A stretch of DNA of 64,000 nucleotides from an uncultured Pseudomonadota bacterium (GCA_963774895.1 CAVZGN010000002.1:454454-518453), one strand, 5' to 3'. Counted from the stretch's first letter, positions 29,385 to 39,666 are shown. Notes: generated by a model from the sequence alone, not told the origin. Program-made: numbers and translations.

Positions 29385-30194
29385 TCAGCCCGGCCAACGT
29401 ATTGCAGCAGCAGTGATGTTGTCGCTTGTGGGCGTGGCGCGCAATTCGGCTTCCAAGGCCAAAGCCTCCAGGCTGGCTTGTAGTTCCAGTTGTCCGCCCA
29501 ATGCCTGGGCCATCTGCGCATCGGTAAGTTCTGCCCAGAAACCATCAGTACATAACACCACCACATCGCCCGCCAGCAACGGATGTGGATCTGATATATC
29601 GATGGTTGGAAGTTCCGATTCCCCGCCTAGGCACTGATCCACAAAATTTCGCAGTGGATGCATCGATAGATCGGAATCCATGAGTAACCCCTGTTGTGCA
29701 AGGATCTCTACCGCGCTGTGATCCCGGGTGCGCGCCAGTACCCGATGGTCACGAATGAAATACACCCGGCTATCGCCTACATGTGCCCAACGGACCAACC
29801 CGGCGGTGATCAAGCAGACAGTGATGGTGGTGCGGGGACGGAGATCCGGATCGAGTTCCGCGCCCAAGGCAACCACCGCCCGATGTGCGGCCACGATGCT
29901 GCTGCGCAGAAATTCGGTCGGTTCGATGATCGCACCTGCCTCCTGAAACGCTTTCATCAGCGTTTCCACGGCGGTTTCAGCGGCGAGATCACCGCCGACA
30001 TGGCCGCCCATGCCATCCGCTACGATCAGCAAGGTGTGTTTACCGGACGTCGCGATACGGGCGCGGTCCTGGTTCTCACTGCGATTACCCAGGCGCGAGA
30101 CCTGGGCGGTTTCAATCTTCACTGTAGGACCCTGCTGGGTGGGCTGGCTATCGGCTGGCTGGGCATTTAGCTTACCATTTTGTTTTGCCGCCAC
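29385..30194 (-). CDS. PP2C-family serine/threonine protein phosphatase
   Basis: RSENQDR, ADGMGGH and LCTDG motifs of the PPM family. GTG start at 30194 with GGAG upstream; the alternative is GTG at 30122. Confidence 0.85.
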   Translation of the reverse strand: MAAKQNGKLNAQPADSQPTQQGPTVKIETAQVSRLGNRSENQDRARIATSGKHTLLIVADGMGGHVGGDLAAETAVETLMKAFQEAGAIIEPTEFLRSSIVAAHRAVVALGAELDPDLRPRTTITVCLITAGLVRWAHVGDSRVYFIRDHRVLARTRDHSAVEILAQQGLLMDSDLSMHPLRNFVDQCLGGESELPTIDISDPHPLLAGDVVVLCTDGFWAELTDAQMAQALGGQLELQASLEALALEAELRATPTSDNITAAAIRWPG

Positions 30195-30221
30195 GGCGCT
30201 CCACCGGGAAGGTTCCTAAAT

Positions 30222-31088
30222 ATGATTCGCAGCATGACGGGTTTTGCACGCGGCGAAACCCGCAGTCAATCGGGCAACCTCACCTGGGAACTGCGTTCCG
30301 TCAACCATCGCTATCTGGACGTCAGTCTGCGCCTGCCGGAAGACCTGCGCGCCCTCGAGCCGGATTGCCGTGAGCACATCGCCGGGGTCTTGCGCCGCGG
30401 CAAGGTCGACTGCCAGTTGCGGTTTGAAGCAGCGGCCGGAGCCGGGACGGCGCTTGAAGTAGATGAACAGCGTGCCCGCGCAGTGGCCGAGGCCGCTGCG
30501 CGCATGAACACATTTCTGAGTCAGCCGTCTCCCATCAATGGCCTCGACCTGCTGCGGTGGCCGGGAGTAGTTTGTGAACCACATCCCGACGTCCAGCAGG
30601 TAAGTGCGGACGCATTGAAACTGCTGGATGAGGTGATCGAGAAACTGACCAGCATGCGCATGAATGAAGGCCAGCGTATCGCTGTTCTGCTCAGTGAACG
30701 CGCGCGAATGATCAAGGCTATAGTAACTGAGATACGCAAACATAGCGGCGTGGTCCGCGATCAGTTGCATGCCAAGCTGCGGGTGCGCTTCGATGAGTTG
30801 AAGCTCAGCGTGGATGCGAGCCGTCTTGAACAGGAATTAGTACTGCTGTTGCAACGTCTGGATATTTCCGAGGAACTGGACCGGCTCGACAGTCATCTGA
30901 CCGAGTTCTCAAACAGCCTCAAAGGCGGTGAGGCCGTAGGCCGGCGCCTGGATTTTCTCATGCAGGAATTCAACCGTGAGGCCAACACCCTCGGTTCCAA
31001 ATGCCAGGATGCCGCGGTCACCAAACAGGTTGTGGAATTGAAAGTGCTGATCGAACAGATGCGCGAACAGGTACAGAACATTGAATAA
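30222..31088 (+). CDS. yicC: YicC family stress-induced protein
   Basis: N-terminus MIRSMTGFARGE and C-terminal REANTLGSK...[18 protein letters not shown], as in YicC. Confidence 0.85.
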   Translation: MIRSMTGFARGETRSQSGNLTWELRSVNHRYLDVSLRLPEDLRALEPDCREHIAGVLRRGKVDCQLRFEAAAGAGTALEVDEQRARAVAEAAARMNTFLSQPSPINGLDLLRWPGVVCEPHPDVQQVSADALKLLDEVIEKLTSMRMNEGQRIAVLLSERARMIKAIVTEIRKHSGVVRDQLHAKLRVRFDELKLSVDASRLEQELVLLLQRLDISEELDRLDSHLTEFSNSLKGGEAVGRRLDFLMQEFNREANTLGSKCQDAAVTKQVVELKVLIEQMREQVQNIE

Positions 31089-31743
31089 TTCATCCGCGGC
31101 CCGGCGTGGCCGGCTGTTTCTGATCACAGCGCCATCCGGCGCCGGCAAAACCAGTTTGGTGCGGGCCCTGCTCGAACGGCACCCGGATTTGCGGTTTTCG
31201 ATCTCCTATACCACCCGCTCGCGGCGCCCGAACGAATCCGATGGCCACGATTATCATTTCGTGAGCCAGGCGGAATTCGACCGCATGGTTAAGGCCGGTG
31301 AATTCCTGGAGCACGCAACAGTATTCGATAATCATTACGGCACCGCACGCCGCAGCGTGGAAGCGGAATTGAGCCAGGGCCATGATTTACTGTTGGAGAT
31401 TGACTGGCAGGGCGCACAGCAGGTGCGGCGTGCCCTGCCTGAGGCCGTGAGCGTGTTCATACTGCCGCCCTCGCTGGACGAACTCAGGCGCCGCCTGCAA
31501 AAACGCGCCGAAGAAGAACGCCGCAAGCTGGTGGGGCCCGAACATGCGGCCACCGAGACTGAGAGGCGCTTCCGCGAGGCGGTAACCGACATCTCCCACT
31601 GGCGGGAGTTCGATTACGTCGTGGTGAATGATGCTTTTGAACGCACCCTGGCGGCCCTCGGCGAGGTGCTCACCGGCCGGGGCGAGGCCAGCCGCGCTAG
31701 CCGCAAGCAGCTGCAACCATTGGTAGCCGCGCTCTTGGCGTAA
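31081..31743 (+). CDS. gmk: guanylate kinase
   Basis: P-loop [10 protein letters not shown] and [10 protein letters not shown]. No ATG is available; TTG 31081 overlaps the yicC stop. Confidence 0.9.
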   Translation: MNNSSAARRGRLFLITAPSGAGKTSLVRALLERHPDLRFSISYTTRSRRPNESDGHDYHFVSQAEFDRMVKAGEFLEHATVFDNHYGTARRSVEAELSQGHDLLLEIDWQGAQQVRRALPEAVSVFILPPSLDELRRRLQKRAEEERRKLVGPEHAATETERRFREAVTDISHWREFDYVVVNDAFERTLAALGEVLTGRGEASRASRKQLQPLVAALLA

Positions 31744-31808
31744 ACCGGTGCCCTCAGGTAAACTCGAAGATACTGATTTTATTAAATTTTTTAATACCGG
31801 AGTACCTG

Positions 31809-32078
31809 ATGGCGCGCGTCACCGTGGAAGACTGTCTCGAGAACGTCGATAACCTGTTCCAACTGGTTTTGGTAGCCACCAAACGGGCCCGCCAGCTGGC
31901 CCGTGGCGTGGAACCTACGCTGCCTTGGGAAAACGACAAGCCCACGGTATTGGCCCTGCGCGAGGTTGCCGCTGGCAACGTCGGCCCCGCCATCCTCAAC
32001 CAGGTGGAACCGCCGGTGGTCGAGGAGCCGGTGGAGCAGCAGCCGGTGGTGATCATGGATGCGGAGGATCCGCTCTAA
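31809..32078 (+). CDS. rpoZ: DNA-directed RNA polymerase subunit omega
   Basis: [30 protein letters not shown]. Confidence 0.95.
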   Translation: MARVTVEDCLENVDNLFQLVLVATKRARQLARGVEPTLPWENDKPTVLALREVAAGNVGPAILNQVEPPVVEEPVEQQPVVIMDAEDPL

Positions 32079-32093
32079 ACTGCGTTCATTCCC

Positions 32094-34247
32094 ATGGACC
32101 AGCCCGCTTCCATCTTTGATCGTGTTTTGGGGAAGCGCACCGCAGGTATCGATGTACTGTTAAGCAAGCTGCGCAGTTATCTGACGCAGGCCCAGGTCGA
32201 TGAGGTACGCCAAGCTTACGAGTTTGGTGCCCGCGCCCACCAGGGCCAGCGGCGGGTTTCCGGCGAACCCTATATTTCCCATCCACTGGCGGTCGCATCC
32301 ATCCTCGCCGACCTGCACATGGATCAGCACACCATCGAAGCAGCGCTGCTGCACGATGTCATCGAGGACACGCCCACCTTAAAAGAAGAGCTGGTCACGC
32401 GCTTCGGCCCGGAAGTGGCGCAGCTGGTGGATGGCGTATCCAAACTCACTCAGATCAAATTCACCAGCCGTGAGCAGGCCCAGGCGGAGAATTTCCGCAA
32501 GATGGTGCTGGCCATGGTGGATGACATCCGCATCATCCTGGTGAAGCTCGCCGATCGCCTGCACAACATGCGTACCCTGGGCGTCATGCCGCCGCCGAAA
32601 CGCCGGCGCATCGCCAGCGAGACCCTGGAGATTTATGCGCCCATCGCCCATCGCCTGGGCATGAACGCGGTGCGCCTGGAACTCGAGGATCTGGGTTTCG
32701 AAGCTCTGCATCCACTGCGCTACAAGGTCTTGAGCAAGCATCTCAAACGTTCGCGCGGCCACCAGAAAGAAATGGTGAAGAAAATCACCGAGAGCCTTAG
32801 CGGCGCGCTGCAACGTGAACATGTGGAGGGTGCGGTCGCGGGCCGCGAGAAACACCTGTATAGCATCTATCGCAAAATGCAATCCAAAGGTCTGTCACTC
32901 AATGAAGTCCTGGATGTGTATGGATTCCGCATCATCGTGGACAAGACTGATGCTTGCTACCGGGTGCTGGGCATCGTGCATAACCTCTACAAACCGGTGC
33001 CAGGCAAGTTCAAGGATTACATCGCCATACCCAAGGCCAATGGTTACCAGTCGCTGCATACGGTACTCGTTGGCCCGCAGGGAGCACCGCAGGAAGTCCA
33101 GATCCGCACTGCCGACATGGACAAGGTGGCGGGCTCCGGTATCGCCGCCCATTGGCTATATAAGACCGGTGACAATGGCGCCACGCCCACACTGCGGGCC
33201 CGCGAATGGCTGAAGGATGTGGCGGAGATGCAGCAGGGTGTCGGTAGCTCCCAGGAATTTCTCGATAACGTGCGCGTCGACCTGTTCCCTGACGAAGTCT
33301 ATGTATTTACACCCCAGGGCGACATCCATCGGCTGCCACGCGGCGCCACCGCCGTGGATTTTGCCTATGCAGTGCATACGGATGTGGGTAATGCGTGTGT
33401 GGCGGCCAAGATCAACCGGCGGCTGGTGCCGCTGCGTACGCCGCTGGAGAACGGCCAAACCGTGGAGATCATCACCGCCGCCAATGGTCGGCCCAATCCC
33501 GTGTGGCTGAATTTTGTAGTGACCGCCAAGGCACGCGCCAACGTGCGGCATTTCCTCAAGAACCTGCGCCATGAAGATGCCGTGGAACTCGGCCGGCGCA
33601 TGCTGGAAGGTGCGCTGGCGTCGCTGTCCATGAAACTGAGCCGCATTCCCCAGGAACACCTGCAAACCATTCTGCGGGAATTCAAACTGAAGGATCTTGA
33701 CGGGCTGTTTGAATCCATCGGTCTGGGCGAGCATCTGGCGCCACTAGTGGCGCGCCGTTTGTTACCTGTGAATGCGGGAGACAGCAAGCCGGCCAAGCCC
33801 AGCGCGCCGCTGGCCATCACCGGCACCGAGGGCATGGTGGTGAGCTTTGCGCGCTGCTGTCATCCCATACCCGGCGACCGCATCATCGGGGTACTCACCA
33901 GCGGCAAGGGCATCGTCATCCATCGCGACGATTGCGGCAACCTCAATGAATACCGCAATCAGCCGGATAAACTGATCGAGGTTCAATGGGAAAAGCGCAT
34001 CAAGCGCGATTTCCCGGTGGAGATCCGCGCCGACGTAGCCAACCAGCGTGGCGTGCTGGCGACCGTGGCGGCGGCCATCGCCGAGACCGGCTCCAATATC
34101 GAGCACGTGCACCAGCAGGAACGCGACGAACTGACTTCGGTGATCAGCTTTGTGTTCGGCGTCAAGGACCGGCAGCATCTGGCGCGCACGCTCAGGAAGC
34201 TTCGCAGCCTGCCGCAGGTGATGCGCATCCAGCGCATTCGTGCCTAG
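32094..34247 (+). CDS. spoT: bifunctional (p)ppGpp synthetase/hydrolase SpoT
   Basis: HD hydrolase (HPLAVASIL...LLHDVIEDT), RelA/SpoT synthetase, TGS and ACT regions. gmk-rpoZ-spoT synteny. Confidence 0.9.
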   Translation: MDQPASIFDRVLGKRTAGIDVLLSKLRSYLTQAQVDEVRQAYEFGARAHQGQRRVSGEPYISHPLAVASILADLHMDQHTIEAALLHDVIEDTPTLKEELVTRFGPEVAQLVDGVSKLTQIKFTSREQAQAENFRKMVLAMVDDIRIILVKLADRLHNMRTLGVMPPPKRRRIASETLEIYAPIAHRLGMNAVRLELEDLGFEALHPLRYKVLSKHLKRSRGHQKEMVKKITESLSGALQREHVEGAVAGREKHLYSIYRKMQSKGLSLNEVLDVYGFRIIVDKTDACYRVLGIVHNLYKPVPGKFKDYIAIPKANGYQSLHTVLVGPQGAPQEVQIRTADMDKVAGSGIAAHWLYKTGDNGATPTLRAREWLKDVAEMQQGVGSSQEFLDNVRVDLFPDEVYVFTPQGDIHRLPRGATAVDFAYAVHTDVGNACVAAKINRRLVPLRTPLENGQTVEIITAANGRPNPVWLNFVVTAKARANVRHFLKNLRHEDAVELGRRMLEGALASLSMKLSRIPQEHLQTILREFKLKDLDGLFESIGLGEHLAPLVARRLLPVNAGDSKPAKPSAPLAITGTEGMVVSFARCCHPIPGDRIIGVLTSGKGIVIHRDDCGNLNEYRNQPDKLIEVQWEKRIKRDFPVEIRADVANQRGVLATVAAAIAETGSNIEHVHQQERDELTSVISFVFGVKDRQHLARTLRKLRSLPQVMRIQRIRA

Positions 34248-34867
34248 TGCTTGTCAGGATTGGAGGACCCTTCACCGGCCTTGATGGCCAGCACCGCTTT
34301 GCCATTTTTATCCACGACCACGACTTCGCCTTGCCCAGGCGCGGGCAATTCCTTGAGCAATTTGCGCAAAGCCATCAACTGCTGGAGGTTGAGTGCACGT
34401 AGGCTGTGCCAGGCGCCTTTGCGCTTGTAAGCCGCGGCACCGGGGCCACCGGTGGTGCAGGCCATCAAACCGCCGTTATTGCATGTTTCCCGCTGCCATG
34501 TGAACCAGCTGTTGGTGCCGCATTCCAGCACCGCGCCCATGCGTTCCTGCACATCCAGATGACCATGGCCCGTGATGATCCTGCAGATCACCGCATCCGC
34601 TTTGTCGCTGCTGTTCGAGAACGGCTGGTTGAGGGCGACTTTCACCACCTGCATGGTTTTTATCAGTGCACGCGTGGCGGTAACATTGATGTTGCCCAAG
34701 TTGGCGTTCTGCGGCTTTTCTACCGATGCTGCGCTGGGGGAGGCGGTCATAGTGGTTGCTGGTGTGTGCGTTGATAGATTATCGGCACGCGCCGCTAACC
34801 TGCTGTTCAATATCAGCAGAGGGGCCAGCAACATGAGTATCCAACCCGACTCCGATACTTCAATCAT
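34244..34867 (-). CDS. secreted hypothetical protein, paralog A of tandem pair
   Basis: Start set at ATG 34867 (MIEVSESGWILMLLAPLLILNSRLAARA...). Shares the core ...KT.Q..K..L..P.SN....A.V.CRI...L.CGTN with the upstream ORF. No known family recognised. Confidence 0.5.
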   Translation of the reverse strand: MIEVSESGWILMLLAPLLILNSRLAARADNLSTHTPATTMTASPSAASVEKPQNANLGNINVTATRALIKTMQVVKVALNQPFSNSSDKADAVICRIITGHGHLDVQERMGAVLECGTNSWFTWQRETCNNGGLMACTTGGPGAAAYKRKGAWHSLRALNLQQLMALRKLLKELPAPGQGEVVVVDKNGKAVLAIKAGEGSSNPDKH

Positions 34868-35456
34868 GGGAGGGAACAGCCGGCGCTGTTGTGGATGCGG
34901 GCGCCGGCGCATAACCCGGCGGGTAGGGAATTTTTTCCAGTAATGCATGCAAGGCGGGACCATTGACACTGGTATGTAGATAATTCCCCGGCAGGCTGTT
35001 CAGCGTTGCGTTCAGCACGGCGAATACTTGTTCGTAACAGCCCGAGCTTGTACATGTGCTTCCGGATTGGCTACCCGCAGCTACCGATGCAAACATTGCG
35101 GTATGAAGCGCTGCGCGTTGTTGCGACAGTGTGTGGTTGGTGCCGCAAATCAGCCATTGCTTGATATGACTGCCGGCTTGATCCTCGATACGACACACCA
35201 CCACATTCGCCAGCTTCGGATCGTTGGAATAAGGCAGCTGCAGCCCGATCTTTATGGCCTGCAAAGTTTTCACGATATTCTTCTCACCGTGTACCTGGAT
35301 CGTGCCCAGATACATGGTGGCATTGTCATCCTTTGTGGTCTGGGATGTGGCATCGCCGGGCGCTGTATTGCTGTCGGCAGCGACTGCCAGCGGCAGGCCT
35401 AAAGCGGCGATGAGAAGGGTGAAGATAAAGGCTTTGATGCAGTCATGGTTATTCAT
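34860..35456 (-). CDS. secreted hypothetical protein, paralog B of tandem pair
   Basis: Clear signal peptide (IKAFIFTLLIAALGLPLAVAA|DS), a conserved two-Cys core shared with paralog A, and a Pro/Ala-rich tail. Confidence 0.6.
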   Translation of the reverse strand: MNNHDCIKAFIFTLLIAALGLPLAVAADSNTAPGDATSQTTKDDNATMYLGTIQVHGEKNIVKTLQAIKIGLQLPYSNDPKLANVVVCRIEDQAGSHIKQWLICGTNHTLSQQRAALHTAMFASVAAGSQSGSTCTSSGCYEQVFAVLNATLNSLPGNYLHTSVNGPALHALLEKIPYPPGYAPAPASTTAPAVPSHD

Positions 35457-35651
35457 ATATGGCTATCATCGGTATGACTGGTGGCTTCCAGTTGGAGTCG
35501 CGTGGACTTTCAGCGGACCTGAAAGCATTTTGATCTTTCGATTAAAGGATAGTACAGGTGCACGAGAAGTCGAGCTTACGCCAAGCCCCTGATAAACAAG
35601 GGATAAGGCTATGATAGGCATCTGTTGAAAACCGCTATACGGAGAAAGATC

Positions 35652-36032
35652 ATGAGCCGCACAGCTATCCACACCGATTTGGCTCCCAAAGCCATCGGCC
35701 CCTATTCCCAGGCAGTACGCGCCGGCAATACGGTGTACCTGTCCGGCCAGATCGGACTGGAGCCTGCGACCGGCGAGCTGGTCAAGGGTGGCATCGAAGC
35801 CGAAGGCCGGCGTGTGTTCCAGAATCTGAAGGCGGTCGCTGAGACCGCTGGCCAGGGGCTACCGCAGGTGGTGCGCTTGACTGTCTATCTGGTGAATCTC
35901 AATGATTTTGCCAAGTTCAATGAAATCATGGCGGAATATTTCCACTCACCGTATCCGGCGCGCGCCACCGTCGGGGTCGCCTCGCTGCCGCGCGATGCGC
36001 GCGTCGAAGTGGACGCGGTGATGGTGGTGTGA
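35652..36032 (+). CDS. ridA: RidA/YjgF family reactive-intermediate deaminase
   Basis: APKAIGPYSQA and PARATVGVASLP motifs. Start at ATG 35652. Confidence 0.9.
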   Translation: MSRTAIHTDLAPKAIGPYSQAVRAGNTVYLSGQIGLEPATGELVKGGIEAEGRRVFQNLKAVAETAGQGLPQVVRLTVYLVNLNDFAKFNEIMAEYFHSPYPARATVGVASLPRDARVEVDAVMVV

Positions 36033-38143
36033 CGCCTCCGAGAGCGCCAAGCGTCTCACCTGACGTGCGTGCCGATACCGCGGTGCGCTATCTGCACGGT
36101 GTGGGACCACAGCTGGCGGAGAAGCTGGCACATCTCGGCATCTACAACATAGCCGATCTCTTATTTCATCTGCCGCTGCGTTACGAGGATCGCACCCACG
36201 TCACTCCGCTGGGCGCTTTGCAGATGGGCATGCGCACCGCGGTGGAATGCCAGGTGGAGCTCACCGAAATCGTCATCCATCGCCGGCGCATGCTGCTGTG
36301 CCGCGTCAGCGATGGCAGCGGCGCACTAACGCTGCGATTTTTCCATTTCAACCAATCACAGGCAGACGTCCTGTCGCGCGGTACGCGTTTGCACTGTTAC
36401 GGCGAAGTGGTGCGCGGCGTGACCACGCTGGAGATGGTGCACCCGGAATACAAGCTGCTGCAGGTAGGTCAAGCGTTGCCATACGAGACCGCACTGACAC
36501 CGGTATATCCGGCAACCGAGGGTATCGCACAGATAAAGTTGCGCGCCTTGACTGCGCAGGCCCTGCAGTTGCTGGATAGCACTGCCGGGTTGTTGCCGGA
36601 GTTACTGCCTGCAGAATTGCTCGAGCATACCAGCATGCCGGCGCTCACCGAAGCGGTGCGCTACGTGCATCGCCCGCCCGCAGACGCGCCTGTCGCCGCG
36701 CTCATGGACGGCAACCATCCAGCTCAGCAGCGTCTGGCCTTTGAGGAACTGCTGGCCCATCACCTGAGCCTGCGGCTTGTGCGCCAGAAGGCTGACCACA
36801 GCCTTGCCTATATGATTCCTCGCGCGGACTCTATGGAGAAAAAATTCTGTGCGTCGCTGCCGTTTAAGTTGACCGGCGCCCAACGACGGGTAGCGACGGA
36901 GATATTCAGCGATCTGGAAAAATCCCATCCCATGATGCGGCTGGTGCAGGGTGACGTGGGTTGCGGTAAGACGCTGGTGGCCGCGATGGCGGCCTTGAGC
37001 TGCATGGCTTCGGGTTATCAGGCGGCGCTCATGGCGCCCACGGAATTACTGGCGGAACAGCATTTGCGGAATTTTAAAGACTGGTTTGCACCTTTGGGCC
37101 TGCAGCCGGTTGCGCTCACAGGGCGCATGCCGGCCGCGCAACGCCGGCAGACTCTGGCCATGATCCATGGCGGACACACGCGGCTCATCATAGGTACGCA
37201 TGCGCTGTTCCAGGAAGAGGTGGAGTTCGCCAAGCTGGCGCTGGTGATCATCGATGAACAGCACCGTTTCGGTGTGCATCAGCGGCTGGCATTGCGCGAG
37301 AAGGGTGCGGCTGATGGTGTAAGGCCACACCAGCTCATCATGACCGCCACACCCATCCCCCGCACCCTGGCGATGACGGCTTACGCAGACCTGGATGTAT
37401 CCGCAATAGACGAGTTGCCTCCGGGACGTACGCCGGTGAACACCGTGGCGATCTCAGATAAACGCCGTGCCGAGGTGGTGGCGCGTGTGCGTGCCGCCTG
37501 CCGCGCGGGTAAACAGGTGTACTGGGTCTGTCCGCTGATCGATGAATCGGAGGTATTGCAATGCCAGGCAGCCGAAGACACGGCCACGCGCCTGGCCGCG
37601 GCGTTGCCGGAAATCAGAGTCGGCCTGGTACATGGACGCCTAAGACCGTCGCAGAAAGAAGCGGTGATGGCGCATTTCAAAGCCGGTGAGCTGCAATTGC
37701 TGGTAGCCACCACCGTGATCGAGGTAGGCGTGGATGTGCCCAAAGCCAGCCTCATGATCATCGAGAATGCAGAACGTCTGGGTCTTGCGCAACTGCACCA
37801 GTTACGCGGTCGCGTCGGGCGTGGCGCCATGGAGTCGAGTTGCGTCATGTTCTACCATGCGCCGCTGTCGCAAGCCGCACGTAGGCGGCTGGAAGTCATG
37901 CGTGCCACCAATGACGGTTTCGAGATCGCACGCCGCGATCTGGAAATGCGCGGTCCCGGCGAGATGCTGGGTACCCGCCAGGCGGGCGAACTGAACTTGC
38001 GGATCGCGGACTTGAGCCGGGATGCGGCCTTGATCCCTAAAGTTCAGCAGGCCGCGAATCTGCTGCTGGAGCGCTATCCCGCCCAGGTACCTTTGCTGGT
38101 GCGTCGCTGGCTGGGTGAAAACAGCCGTTTCGGCCAGGTCTGA
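36029..38143 (+). CDS. recG: ATP-dependent DNA helicase RecG
   Basis: Walker A GDVGCGKT, DEQH box IIDEQHRFG, QLHQLRGRVGRG. GTG start overlapping the ridA stop. Confidence 0.95.
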   Translation: MTPPRAPSVSPDVRADTAVRYLHGVGPQLAEKLAHLGIYNIADLLFHLPLRYEDRTHVTPLGALQMGMRTAVECQVELTEIVIHRRRMLLCRVSDGSGALTLRFFHFNQSQADVLSRGTRLHCYGEVVRGVTTLEMVHPEYKLLQVGQALPYETALTPVYPATEGIAQIKLRALTAQALQLLDSTAGLLPELLPAELLEHTSMPALTEAVRYVHRPPADAPVAALMDGNHPAQQRLAFEELLAHHLSLRLVRQKADHSLAYMIPRADSMEKKFCASLPFKLTGAQRRVATEIFSDLEKSHPMMRLVQGDVGCGKTLVAAMAALSCMASGYQAALMAPTELLAEQHLRNFKDWFAPLGLQPVALTGRMPAAQRRQTLAMIHGGHTRLIIGTHALFQEEVEFAKLALVIIDEQHRFGVHQRLALREKGAADGVRPHQLIMTATPIPRTLAMTAYADLDVSAIDELPPGRTPVNTVAISDKRRAEVVARVRAACRAGKQVYWVCPLIDESEVLQCQAAEDTATRLAAALPEIRVGLVHGRLRPSQKEAVMAHFKAGELQLLVATTVIEVGVDVPKASLMIIENAERLGLAQLHQLRGRVGRGAMESSCVMFYHAPLSQAARRRLEVMRATNDGFEIARRDLEMRGPGEMLGTRQAGELNLRIADLSRDAALIPKVQQAANLLLERYPAQVPLLVRRWLGENSRFGQV

Positions 38144-38148
38144 TTACA

Positions 38149-38721
38149 ATGATGCAGGTCGCACAGGAAACGCCAGTGGCGCAGATCAGAAAATCTTTGA
38201 ACAACGATGTTCTCTGGCGTCCATTGGAAGCATGGCCTGTGGAGCAGCGCCCTGCGTTGTGGACTTGGCTGCAAGATACCGGTTCGCTTACCCAAAAAAT
38301 GCGCGCTACAGCAGGCTCTGTCTTCCATGTACAGGTCCTGCATGAGGGGCGGACATTGCTGGATTCTGAAAACGCGCATCTGCTGCAAACACACACGGGC
38401 AACGCTGCGCTTGAACGCCGGGTGTATCTGTGCGCGGACACGCCCTGGGTATATGCACATACTCTGGCGCTGACCGAAAGCGGACAGTGGCTGGACAGAT
38501 TGGGTAACCATCCACTGGGTGATCGAATATTCGCTAACGCGGCTGCACAGCGGAGTGCTATCGAAGTGGCACAGCTCGATCCACGGCAAGAACTTTACCA
38601 GGCAGCGTTGCAAGACCCGGAAATGGAGCCATCCATATTATGGGCACGGCGCTCTGTACTGACTGTGGATGGTCAGCGGTTGCTGATCTACGAGTGCTTT
38701 TTACCCGGGATGAGAACCTGA
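38149..38721 (+). CDS. ubiC: chorismate pyruvate-lyase
   Basis: Resembles E. coli UbiC ([33 protein letters not shown]...ECFLP). Directly upstream of ubiA with a TGATG overlap. Confidence 0.8.
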   Translation: MMQVAQETPVAQIRKSLNNDVLWRPLEAWPVEQRPALWTWLQDTGSLTQKMRATAGSVFHVQVLHEGRTLLDSENAHLLQTHTGNAALERRVYLCADTPWVYAHTLALTESGQWLDRLGNHPLGDRIFANAAAQRSAIEVAQLDPRQELYQAALQDPEMEPSILWARRSVLTVDGQRLLIYECFLPGMRT

Positions 38722-39659
38722 TGGATCCGCGCTTGCGACCTATGTGGCGGAAACTGCGTTACAACCGCGCACTGCGGCACTGGCTGCCCGTCATCGGCCA
38801 GCGTGTCTGGGCGTACCTGCGTCTCATGCGCCTACAACGGCCGATCGGGAGCTTTTTACTGCTGTGGCCGACGCTTTGGGCTCTGTGGCTGGCTGCTGAT
38901 GGCCATCCCACACCCAAACAGTTCACCATCTTCGTGATCGGGGTGTTCGTGATGCGCTCCGCCGGTTGCATCATCAATGATTTCGCAGACCGCAATTTCG
39001 ATCCGCACGTGCAGCGCACCCGCACGCGGCCGCTCGCCACCCGCGAGGTGAGCATCTGGGAAGCGCTCGCACTTTTTGTCAGCCTGTGTCTGCTGGGATT
39101 CGGCTTGGTGCTGATGCTCAATCGGCTCACACTGGAATTGGCGATCATCGGCGCTGCGCTGGTGATCTCCTATCCGTTCATGAAGCGCTATACGTATTTG
39201 CCGCAACCCTATCTGGGACTGGCATTCGGTTGGGGGATTCCCATGGCGTACGCGGCGGTCACCGGCAGCGTGCCGACGGTAGCCTGGCTGATATTCATCG
39301 CCAACATCATTTGGGCCACGGTTTACGACACCATGTATGCCATGGTGGATCGACCCGATGATATCCGCATCGGGATCAAGTCCACCGCCATCCTGTTCGG
39401 TGATCTGGACCGTCTGATCATCGGTATCCTGCAGGTAATGCTGTTGATGGATCTGCTGCTGGTGGGCTACCAGACGCACATGGGTTGTGTGTACTACCTG
39501 GGAATCGGATCTGCGCTGATGTTCGCCGCCTATCAGCAGGTGCTCATCCGTCACCGCAATCCACAACGCTGTTTCCAGGCATTCATGAACAATAACTGGT
39601 TCGGTGCAGCAGTGTTCGCCGGGATCCTGTTGAGCTACACCTTCACCGTGGGATCATGA
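38721..39659 (+). CDS. ubiA: 4-hydroxybenzoate polyprenyltransferase
   Basis: NDFADRNFD Asp-rich motif and a second motif [13 protein letters not shown]. Polytopic protein. Confidence 0.95.
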   Translation: MDPRLRPMWRKLRYNRALRHWLPVIGQRVWAYLRLMRLQRPIGSFLLLWPTLWALWLAADGHPTPKQFTIFVIGVFVMRSAGCIINDFADRNFDPHVQRTRTRPLATREVSIWEALALFVSLCLLGFGLVLMLNRLTLELAIIGAALVISYPFMKRYTYLPQPYLGLAFGWGIPMAYAAVTGSVPTVAWLIFIANIIWATVYDTMYAMVDRPDDIRIGIKSTAILFGDLDRLIIGILQVMLLMDLLLVGYQTHMGCVYYLGIGSALMFAAYQQVLIRHRNPQRCFQAFMNNNWFGAAVFAGILLSYTFTVGS

Positions 39660-39666
39660 GGCAGAT

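Noticed and set aside
34244-34247. 4-nt convergent overlap of the spoT and paralog-A stop codons at CTAG.
   Set aside because: It is a trivial consequence of TAG being read on both strands of the palindrome CTAG, with no evidence of functional significance.
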